Assembly: GCF_000143415.4 (NCBI RefSeq)
Contig: NW_003314283.1
Span: 444,752 to 508,751, forward strand
Direction of reading: 5' to 3'
Length of the DNA stretch: 64,000 nt
DNA from: Selaginella moellendorffii
Lineage: Eukaryota; Plantae; Lycopodiophyta
In this document: in pieces, positions 13,540 through 23,657 of the stretch
Layout: each line of letters starts with the position of its first letter
Numbering within the stretch: the first letter of the stretch is position 1
Program-made: the position numbers and the translations under genes
Notes under the pieces: generated by a model
What the model was told of the DNA's origin: nothing
The model's database searches: none
The model's input: the letters and a program-made list of their open reading frames with translations, nothing else

Positions 13540-14126
13540 CTAGAATACAAGATCTGTTCTAGGAGATGGTGGAGGACAAAAGAAGAGAGAACCATAATGG
13601 TTTTTGACCAAGAAATTAAGATTCAAGTAAGATGTATGATAATAACCATTGGCATTTAGACACTCTGCCATCAAGATAGCATTTACTATCTTGATAGATT
13701 CCAGTTTACAAGATCTTGTAAAATCAGCTCCCCTATTTAAACGTCCATATAAATTAGATATACCATTATCAAGATCTAGCATAACATGAGCAAATCCTCC
13801 ATCTCCGGTCTTGGTTATTGCTACAAGCATCACAATTCTAGCTGCTACATAAACGCGTAAGCGTACTTCAGAGGCACTTGCTTCAAATCTACCACATACT
13901 TCCTAGTAAACAAGAAGCTTAACACTAATAAAGTGAAAAACTACTACTGTGAAATATATACCTCTGGAATTTGGTCTACACTAATGGTATCTGTAATGTT
14001 CATCCACAACTTAGTTTTATTTGTACTCCCAGATATATTTATGTTGCTTGAGTTTCTAGCTTGAATTGAACTGTAACATATAAACAGGATTAGAAGGAAC
14101 AATAGGAAGCACTTATCAAGAGCCAT
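13540..14126 (-). CDS. Secreted CVNH lectin, copy 2; exons 14126-13962 and 13902-13540
   Basis: Signal peptide MALDKCFLLFLLILFICYSSIQA, Asn-rich linker, 59-nt GT-AG intron, then EVCGRFEASA...LDLDNGISNLYGRL..GADFTRSC...ECLN...LNLNFLVKNHYGSLFFCP. Confidence 0.88.
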
Positions 14127-14156
14127 AGCTTCTTAGCTTGTTGAGTGAGATATGTG

Positions 14157-14157
<1 letters not shown>

Positions 14158-14191
<34 letters not shown>
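14158..14191. repeat. (AT)n microsatellite upstream of CVNH copy 2
   Basis: About 16 AT units; the paralogous site (18165-18195) has a shorter (AT)n plus (AGAT)n. Confidence 0.9.
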
Positions 14192-14195
<4 letters not shown>

Positions 14196-14410
14196 CTGGC
14201 AAATTGATTTTGTGTATTCTAAGCGTTACCAACTGTCACCTTTTGCAAGATTCACTTAAATGCATCTTGTGGATTGTTAGAGTTTCACATGCATTCTTTG
14301 TGTAATTCACCAGCTTCCATATGGCTGGCTTGTCTTTTAGCATTTTGTTGTAGTTTTGGTTTAAATTAGCAAGGAAACAATTAAAAATGACATAGAGACA
14401 AAATGCCGAT

Positions 14411-15034
14411 TCACGGAACGTGACTTCCATTTTCATCAGCCAATACACGCTGTGAAAGATACACCGTCGAAGAACTTCAAACTAACTCACTTTCAAAAAG
14501 TACCTGAAAGCAAGCGAGGGTGTATCGTACATCATCCTCCGAAATGTGATAATGTGTCACCAGTCGGATACTGAAAAGAAACAAAACCAAACAAACCTTA
14601 AAAAAGTAAGTTGAAAGAAATGAACAGGATACCTTGTCTTGGTCAGGTCATACGAGAGAATCCCAATCTTTCCCATAGCTCTGCACAGTTCTTCCGCTGT
14701 GAAGCATGACTTGGTCACGTCCACATTTACCTGGAAGATAAAATAGCACTAGTCAAGATAAAGAGAAGAACACACTTTACAATGTTTGTCTCGACGGCAC
14801 TCATGTCCACCTGCAGGCCTTTCATTCCACACAATCCTTCTGGAAACATTCCACTCAAGAATTTTGATAGTGGCCCAAGAAAAGCACGAACTACACAGTA
14901 CCTGCTAATAGACGGGCATTGGAGTGATCTTCGTACAATCTGCAAACCATGTCTTTCAGCGTTACCAGACCAGGAGCAGCCAGTATTCCTACTTGTCTCA
15001 TAGCTCCACCCAAAGCCTTTCGCAGTCGTTTAGC
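14411..15034 (-). pseudogene. 5'-truncated duplicate of the threonine aldolase gene (last exons only)
   Basis: Near-identical to 18414-19045, with a small deletion near 14770; lacks the upstream exons including the PLP-lysine exon. Confidence 0.88.
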
Positions 15035-17544
15035 GCGAGGCCTAGAATAGAGGGGCTGAGCGACGGCCGCATCTGCGACAGCGATCCCCGCCTCCCGCCA
15101 TCGTCATCCATGTCGCAAGACGATCTTCCCTCCCAAGAGCCCTAGAAATATTTCTCTGTCCCTAAAATACCGTTTGGTAGACGGAGCAAAGTTTCCGTTA
15201 GATGGCAAACATAGATCCAAAGAACTGATATGCCAAATTGTATTGGTTTTACCAGCAAATACTGGACGAGCTTAAGTGGGATAGCAGAATAATATTGGAA
15301 AGGAAATAGGTGCAAGGAATTCTTTCAGTATGAGAGCAAGTGACTTCATTTATACCCTAACTTAGTTTACCTTTAAGCCAAAGTCCAATCAATCCACTTA
15401 TATAACTTCCAATAATGCATCAATAAGATTTGGAAGAGTTGGTGTCTTACTTAACAACAGTGGCTTCCCTCATTAGTAGCTATACACCTCTTGATTAGAG
15501 CTTGTAAAGTTTGTAATGCTACAAAAATGTAGTGTCACATTTTGTGGGAGTGCTTAGTGTATAGAAGGGCTCCATAGTGATTATGAAGTGTAATTGCCAA
15601 GGAGGAGTAGAAATCACGTGTTTTGGGGTGTCTTCATCCAAGGGAAGATAAAACACCAAACACTTGGAAATAAAAACACAATGAAGAATCTCACTTTATC
15701 AACTCAACCCTTCATATATATACATTATGCATCTTTTATAGGAGATTTTTTATGTTCTTTGAGGATGTATACTTGCAAAGATTTGGAAGGCTTGTTACAC
15801 TAGATTATTCAATGACAAGAACCCTTCAGCTTGAGCAATGATCTTGAAGGTCTAGTCCAAATTAATGGTCTCTTTAGAAACACAATTGGATATGATTAAG
15901 AAAAGAAGAGATAAAAGGATTTAGACCACGTGTGCCTCGAGCTGGCTGGCCCTCATTCATTCATGCATTCAATAGACATATGAAGAGCTAACCACCCCGA
16001 GTCCTTCAGATGGAAAAGAAGTTGCATAAGAATGAGCATTCTAGCCCTTTTTTAGAGAAGTGAGGTTGGAGAGGAAAAATGAACATGGAAACCATTATTG
16101 GGGGCTCTGGCAGCATGTCTAAGAAAGAGGGCAGGTGTATTCCCTAAGTTCTTTAAATTTTTCATTAAGTAGTTCAAGCATTTGGGACATATTGTCTATA
16201 GACCCGACCCCATCCCCCTCAACCCTCCCCCTGCTTTTGACTTACTCTTTGCTGGCATGTCAAAATAGGCATCTCTATGGTTTTTTAGAGGTTAATAAAT
16301 GCCCCTTAAATAAAAAAGCCATATACCAAAATTGAATAGGGATATGATGGTGAGCTCATTGTGTCTCCTAAAGCTGCAACAAATGCTAATGACATGAATG
16401 AGAATGTGGGAGCACTTAAAGTAAAGTGCACTAGTATTGATATAAATTGACCCTTCAACACAATGTGACTTGTAGGTCTTGACTCACTCCACCATGCTAA
16501 AAAAGATAAATGTTACACATATGGAGCATTTTGAAACACTATAGATTTTTGCCCCACACCCACTAAAACACACTTTTGCTGATTGGTGTTTGAGGTTTTG
16601 ACAAATAAGGTGAGGGCTCCTCAACCATCCCTTCCCACCGAGCCTCCATCTCCTATTATTTATATTGAACCTCTAAGAGATAAACTTGTCTTAATTCTAA
16701 AGAACAAATGACTCCTTGACCCCAAGTAAGACTCATATCCATAAACTTACTAAGATGCTCCTTGAATAAATTTCCACCACTTACTTGAGCATACCTTTGA
16801 TAGTCACTAAAACTGGCTGCAATGGAGAAGCCACTCCCTCCTAAGAACCTTGAATAATGATCTTAGATCCTCTTGTTTGATCATGTTTATGAATTTTTTT
16901 CCCCCTACTCAAAAACAATCCCACTTGTGACATGAAAGATGGATTTGGGAAAATGCATGATATAATTGTATAATTAAGTGAAAAAAAATTAATTGAAATA
17001 ACACTAAAACTATCTCATAATTTTTTATATACAAATATTTTTAAAACATTTTAACTAGTTTTGTGATGAACACAATAATATTTTAAAATAAATAAAAATT
17101 AATTGATTTTTATGAAAACCTTTTATTATTTTAATCATTTTTTACCATTTTTCTATACCACTGAATTATTTACACCCACCATCTTAAGCTCCTTATATAA
17201 AAGATGTTCTCACTATCATTGCCATTGGTAACTTGTATAAAGCACATAACCTCCCCAATGGACTCAATTTTCTTAAAAACATTTATAGTTATAATTTATC
17301 TTCAATGGTCGATTTTAGATTATGTATATTATAACTTGAATATAATAAATTAAGTCTATTACTATTGTTTTTGACATGTATCAATTTAAAAAGAGATGTG
17401 TAGAAGGGTTAATCATTTCTTACTCATTAGAACAAATACTTAAAAGGCCAAAGAGAAAAATATTATTATTTAAAGATTCTTCATATTAGTGTTTTTTTAT
17501 TATTCTAGAAACACAACATTAATGTGGATTTATAAATTAGCTTT

Positions 17545-18131
17545 CTAGAATACAAGATCTGTTCTAGGAGATGGTGGAGGACAAAAGAAGAGAGAACCAA
17601 AATTGTTTCTGACTAAGAAATTAAGATTCAAGTGAGATGTATGATAATAACCATTGGCATTTAGACAATCTGCCACCAAGACAGAATTTGCTAGCGTGAG
17701 AGATTCCAGGTTACAAGAGCTTGAAAAATCAGCTCCCCTAGTCAAATGTCCATATGAATTAGATATACCATTAGCAAGATCAAGCAAAACATGAGCAAAT
17801 CCTCCATCTCCGGTCTTGGTTTTTGCTCCAAGCATCGCAATTCCAGCTAGTGCATAAATCTGTAAGTGTATTTCAGAGGCACTTGCTTCAAATCTACCAC
17901 ATACATCCTAGTAAACAAGAAGCTTAATACTAATAAAGTGGAAAACTACAACCGTGAAATATATACCTCTGGAATTTGGTCTACACTAATGGTATCTGTA
18001 ATGTTCATCCACAATTTAGTTTTATTTGTACTCCCAGATATATTTGTGCTGCTTGAGTTTCTAGCTTGAATTGAACTGTAACATATAAACAGGATTAGAA
18101 GGAACAATAGGAAGCACTTATCAAGAGCCAT
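17545..18131 (-). CDS. Secreted CVNH lectin, copy 3; exons 18131-17967 and 17907-17545
   Basis: Close paralog of copy 2 with the same exon lengths (165+363 nt); DVCGRFEASA...LDLANGISNSYGHL...DFSSSC...DCLN...NNFGSLFFCP. Confidence 0.88.
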
Positions 18132-18413
18132 AGCTTGTTAGCTTGTTGAGTGAGATATGTATAATATATATATATATAGATAGATAGATAGATATAACCT
18201 GGCAAATTGATTTTGTGTATTCTAAGCTTTACCAACTGTCATCTTTTGCAAGATTTACTTAAATGCATCTTGTGGATTGTTAGAGTTTCACGTGCATTCA
18301 CTGTGTAATTCACCAGCTTCTGGCTTGTCTTTAGCATTTTGTGTTTACAGATGTAGTTTTGGTTTAAATTAGCAAGGAAACAATTAAAAATGACATAGAG
18401 ACAAAATGCCAAT

Positions 18414-20059
18414 TCACGGAACGTGACTTCCATTTTCATCAGCCAATACACGCTGTGAAAGATACACCGTCGAAGAACTTCAAACTAAATCACTTTCAAA
18501 AAGTACCTGAAAGCAAGCGAGCGTGTAGCGTACATCATCCTCCGAAATGTGATAATGTGTCACCAGTCGGATACTGAAAAGAAACAAAACCAAACAAACC
18601 TTAAAAGTAAGTTGAAAGAAATGAACAGGATACCTTGTCTTGGTCAGGTCATATGAGAGAATCCCAATCTTTCCCATAGCTCTGCACAGTTCTTCCGCTG
18701 TGAAGCGTGACTTGGTCACGTCCACATTTACCTGGAAGATAAAATAGCACCAGTCAGGATAAAGAGGGAGAGCAAAATCGTGACACTTCACAATGTTTGT
18801 CTCGACTGCGCTCATGTCCACCTGCAGGCCTTTCATTCCACACAATCCTTCTGGAAACGTTCCACTCAAGAATTTTGATAGTGGCCCAAGAAAAGCACGA
18901 ACTACACAGTACCTGCTAATAGACGAGCATTGGAGTGATCTTCGTACAATCTGCAAACCATGTCTTTCAGCGCTACCAGACCAGGAGCAGCCAGTATTCC
19001 TACTTGTCTCATAGCTCCACCCAAAGCCTTTCGCAGTCGTTTAGCCTGTCCCAAAAGGATTTCTCTTCAGAAAATGAAAAGAACACAAAACGAAGCAAAG
19101 AGCCGTCTCTCAACCTTCTCAATGAATTCATGCGATCCAACAATCACACTTCCCGCTGGTGCAGCCAATCCTTTTGACAAGCAAACCTGACACGAAGCAT
19201 TCGTCAAAATTCCCATGAAAACCTCGAGAAAAAATAGTCATACCGATACAGTATCAGCTGCTCGAACAAGTCTTTCCGGAGACACTCCCAGAGCCTGTTG
19301 AAAGCAAACACTGTTTCTTTAATATTTCTGCTTCATCGCAGTCAGCACTACTCACTGTGGATGCGTTAAAAATTCGGGCACCGTCTACGTGTAGTCTCAA
19401 TCCATATCTCTTGGCAAGCTGGCCAACCTGATCCGTGTACTCAACCGAGACGCATCTTCCACCGCATCTAAGGGGTAGTGCATAGCAAAACTATAAGCGA
19501 GCACTCGAAACATTCCAGAAACCACGAAGAAACTCTCACCGGTTGTGAGTGTTCTCGATGCAAATCAAGCGAGTCGTCGCAAAGTGCTCGTCGTCCAAAG
19601 GCTTGATAGCGTTTTCGACCGCCCTCAAGTCCATGGTTCCATCCGGATTGTTTGGAACAATGCTCGGGAAAACACCGCCCAGCGTTGCCATTCCACCTTG
19701 CTCGTAAACATTGATGTGGCTCTCAGACCCGATGATGGCCTCGCTTGCACGGGCCTGGGAAGAAACAAGAAAAATCCACGACCAAAGAACGCGACAATGC
19801 CATGCATCATGCTTACCTCACAGTGAACAAGGACGCTGATGAGATTCCCCATCGTACCGGAAGGAACAAACAAGGCGGCCTCTTTCCCAAATATTCTAGC
19901 CATTTCTTTCTGGAGCTCGTCCATGGTAGGATCGACCGTGACAATGTCGTCATCAACCTCGGCGCTGGCCATGGCGGCTCGCATCGCCGCTGTCGGCTTG
20001 GTGATGGTATCCGATCGAAAATCCACGATTCGTTTCGTTCCATTAGCTCCACAATCCAT
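18414..20059 (-). CDS. THA: Low-specificity L-threonine aldolase (multi-exon)
   Basis: [48 protein letters not shown] (PLP lysine), [12 protein letters not shown]; last exon [12 protein letters not shown]. Confidence 0.93.
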
Positions 20060-20426
20060 GGCTGACGAGCAAAATCTGTCCACAGCGAAATATCTCGCAA
20101 AGAATCAGCTGGAACACATCGCAGCGCAGCGCCAATCCAGCGCCTTACCTCCCGCGAGAAGAATGCTAGGGATGTTCTTCCCCGCCTGCAAAAGCCCTGC
20201 GAGCGGTTCTCTCAAGCAATGGAAAGAAGCTTTTTATACCTACATGCCGTAGCTAAAATGCTGCCACGCGACGGCATCCAGCGCGCCACGTGTCCGGTGG
20301 GGATGACACCATGGCAAGAGACACAAACGTAGTATTATCCATAAGAACAAGCTTCTTTGTTTTTCTCCTGTGAGAGAAACCAAGCTACGCTATCTTAGAA
20401 GAAACTATGGTTCTCTTGGATGATCT

Positions 20427-21104
20427 TCAGCCCCGGGTCTTGGATTTCTCGAAGAACGATTCCTGGCAGTGAGGATCCAGCCACTCTGAGCTTTTCCTGG
20501 GTGTTGGTGTTGTCACTGGCCTGACTTGCGAGGATTTGGCACCAACGAGATCGCAAATGACTTCCACCTTGTTCTCCCGTCCAAACGTCCCATTGCTCCG
20601 GTGGTCGGCATCCCTGAGCTTCTGCTTGAAACGCTGCTTCTTCCCCCCCGCGAAGTTCTCCTGGAGCGACGATGGCTGCCTTAGACCAGGCTTTGCACCG
20701 TGAGGGCCCAGGTAGAGATTCTCCACCTGTGTGTTTATCGGCTGTGTTTCAAACCAAAGTTAGAAAAAGAGAAAGATCTTTCCAGCGTGGTAGGCACACC
20801 TTCTGCAGTGTTGGCTTTAAAGTCTCCACAGCCTTCTCCTTTCTCGCTGTGGTAGTGGTGTTCAAGCTAGGAATCTCGAATCCCTCGGCATCTATGGAGA
20901 AACAAGAAGAAAAACGTGATATGAGTCCCGACCTCTCTGCGACTACAACTAAAACTCCACTCAATCTCTCTGTTTCTCGCAGGGAACGCGGTATTTCCAG
21001 AGGAAATCTCGGCAAAACCTGGAGAATGCGCTCCACTTACCCCATTCATCGTCGTCCGGGAGCAGCACCGCTGGCGGCGCGGCGAGCGAGGCAGCCGGAT
21101 CCAT
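20427..21104 (-). CDS. Small conserved plant protein of unknown function (3 exons)
   Basis: Spliced reading MDPAASLAAPPAVLLPDDDEW/DAEGFEIPSL.../VENLYLGPHGA...KQRFKQKLRDAD...GRENKVE...WLDPHCQES with GT-AG junctions; the motifs resemble a conserved uncharacterised plant family (recalled, not searched). Confidence 0.7.
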
Positions 21105-21370
21105 GGCGAGCACCCGAGGCTACGGCTCCGCAGCGCACGCCGGCGCAGCTCATGGAGAGCGGACAGACCAACACAGCTCCCTCTCGCGCGATGGCCGCTC
21201 TATCTAGCGCGCTCGTCCCACACAGTACCGAAAACCCTAGCTCAGCCCTAGAGAGCGGCATACGGCTCATTTTTAAACTCGCGTACTAGCGGAATGTGCC
21301 TGCCGACCGCAACAGAAGATGCCGGGCAGGCGGAATATTCTCTGCACGCAAGAGTATATTCTCTCGTGTA

Positions 21371-21986
21371 TTATCGTGGACAAAAGAAGAGAGAACCATA
21401 GTCGTTCATGACGGCATAGTTAAGGTCGGTTACGCTACTCTGTGTTTCACCCTTTCCATCGTCGCAAGGGATCCTTATCCTGGTTCCGCTGATGGCAATA
21501 CTTGAAAGATCACACGATTGTGCAAAGTCGCTACCGGCGGGGCCGATATGGCCATTGTGGTTTCCAAGACCATTGTTAAGTTCGAGCTGCACAGTCCCGG
21601 TGCCACCACCAGGTGAGCTGCAGGTGGCCACCAACATTGCGATGCCATAGTTTGGAACTACGTGCAAGTGGATTCCCGAGCATGACAGCGAGAAGCCGCC
21701 GCAAACGTCCTGCATACATCTCACAAGAATCAGCATGCTGAAATGTGGAAGAAGCTGACAATTTTACTTGGGGCCAAGCTGTGATCTCTTCGGTGTTGCT
21801 GTCGCCTGTGGAAAAGATCTCTAAAAACTGAGGCTTTTGACTGTAGTCGATCTCCGGCCAGGCGCTGTGGCTAGAACCAGTGCCGTTGTGCTCTGACTGT
21901 GTGTTGTTCGTCACCAGGGAACTTGCGACATGGAGAGAAAGGAAGACTAGAAACAATGGTTTGAAAACGAAGGAAACAGCGGCCAT
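21371..21986 (-). CDS. Secreted CVNH lectin, copy 4 (GC-rich, all six Cys); exons 21986-21768 and 21709-21371
   Basis: Signal peptide MAAVSFVFKPLFLVFLSLHVASS, linker, 58-nt intron, then DVCGGFSLSC...ATC...LELNNGLGNHNGHI..GSDFAQSC...IPC...DLNYAVMNDYGSLFFCPR. Confidence 0.88.
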
Positions 21987-22393
21987 TATATAAAAATATA
22001 GATAGATGCTTTGCTTCCAAATCAATAGTTGCCTATGGTACTTGGGTTTGCTGCTTTAATAATTCAGAGACGTCGTTGCGATTGAAGCCAGCTCGCTATA
22101 CAAAACAAAAACATCGGGAATAGAGACGTACACTGTGCGTTGGGCGGCTCAAGTTTTTCTATCTACATTGCTTTAAGACCTTGACCTTGCTAGAAAGCAA
22201 ACCACTTTGCGAGACTTCCAATGGTTTTGGTGCTTTCGCTTAAGTTTTCTTTTACACAGTCCAAAGTGTCGTTATTCCCTCCCAAGGGAGATCTAATCTA
22301 TATCTCGAGCTTTACATGAGATCCAGCTCTATCTTTGTTAATTGGAGACTTTCAAGGCCTTGATGTAGAAACCTTGTAGAGATTTACAGTTCT

Positions 22394-23559
22394 TTAGTAA
22401 CCAAGTACATTGTTTGCTTCCGAAACCCAGGTGACATAATCGCTTGGATCACTGAGAACAAAGTGGATCTGTTGTGCATCAACGACAATGAGAAAATAGA
22501 GATAAATGCTTGCAGAGAAATCACCTCACCTCGTTGATACACGAAGGAGGATCTTTGATTTCCTGCAACGCAATCCGAGCTCCTTCCCTCACGGGGTATC
22601 TGTTTTACGTAGAAAGCGCACGTCCTTTTTCGGAAAAAAACAGCATTACGGTTTTGGTTACCCGTAAACGCCACATGAAATCGGTGGAAACGCCAGACAT
22701 TCCAGTTCAATCTCCTTTGCACGTTGCAGACAACGCCTACAAAGTAAAACAAACAAACAACAAAAGCGAAAAGAAGAAAAAAGAAAACGAACTTTGTTTC
22801 TGGAAAAGAAGCAAAGTTATGCTTTGTCTGAAACTCTACCTGTAAGTCTGAGCAAGCAATGTAGGCGTTTCCTCGGCTCCATCGTAGGCTGGTCCAACTG
22901 CATGAATGATCCTGTGCAATGGTAGTCTGTAAGCCCTGGAAGAACAAACACGCAAATCGTGTAAGAGAAACGATTAAAAACTGTGAGCTTGAAGACCTTA
23001 CTTGGTGACCACCGCGTTGCCAATGCGGCATTTCACTCCAAACTGATCGAGAGATTTTAGCATTGCACAGGCTTCCGCTAGAGATGGTCCAGCAGCGTTA
23101 TGAATAGCTGGTGAAAGAAAGCAGGTATGATTAGTGAAGGAGCAAATGAAGAACAAGTAGTTCTTGCCTCGATTCACGCCAATTCCAGCGTTTAGCTTCT
23201 TGTTTGCGGGAGCAACCTTGCGACCAAGGAGAGAATCTATCAACGAGCGCAATCATAAAGAAAAAGCGAAGAGAGAATGCGAGAGAGTTACTTACAATCG
23301 CATCGCGCTGGCCAGGAACTCGCCACTGCGAAATGTCGCCAGTCCAGAAGACGAGCAAGAAGCTGGGCAGTCTGTACAGGACGCCCCCTTCCAGCCCCTC
23401 TTGCGATGTCGCCCGCTCCTTGGGCGCATTGGGAGGCAGCAACAGCGACGGCGCTGGCAAATCCTCATCGTATGTAAACCAGTGCTCGTCGGAGATGCAT
23501 CTGACCTGCGATCGCGCGAGCGCTGGAACCCTCGCCCTCCTCCCCAGGCATCGCAGCAT
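22394..23559 (-). CDS. Macrodomain (Appr-1''-p / ADP-ribose processing) protein, possible organellar transit peptide
   Basis: Spliced motifs WTGDISQW...DAIVAPANKKL..GIGVNRAIHNAAGPSL...C..GNAVVT...IIHAVGP...LAFPPISCGVYGYP; Arg-rich N-terminus. Confidence 0.88.
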
Positions 23560-23657
23560 TTCCCCCCGGGCTTAGGGTTTATCATCGCTTTTCAAATTCT
23601 AGGGCTCATATAAACCCTAAGGTTATAAAACCTTTCAAATTTTAGGGTTCATAGAAA
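23560..23657. promoter_or_regulatory. ~100-bp divergent promoter with telo-boxes
   Basis: Between two head-to-head ATGs; TTAGGGTTT (23572-23580), AAACCCTAA (23612-23620), TTAGGGTT (23642-23649). Confidence 0.7.

Larger units (their letters stand above)
11139..15975. repeat. Copy 1 (internally deleted, rearranged) of a segmental tandem duplication; copy 2 spans 15976-30186
   Basis: 11921-15034 is colinear with 16022-19045; 15032-15201 and 15920-15975 copy 29880-30186. Confidence 0.85.

Noticed and set aside
20672-21289. 205-aa plus-strand ORF
   Set aside because: Antisense to a spliced gene with clear GT-AG junctions on the minus strand.
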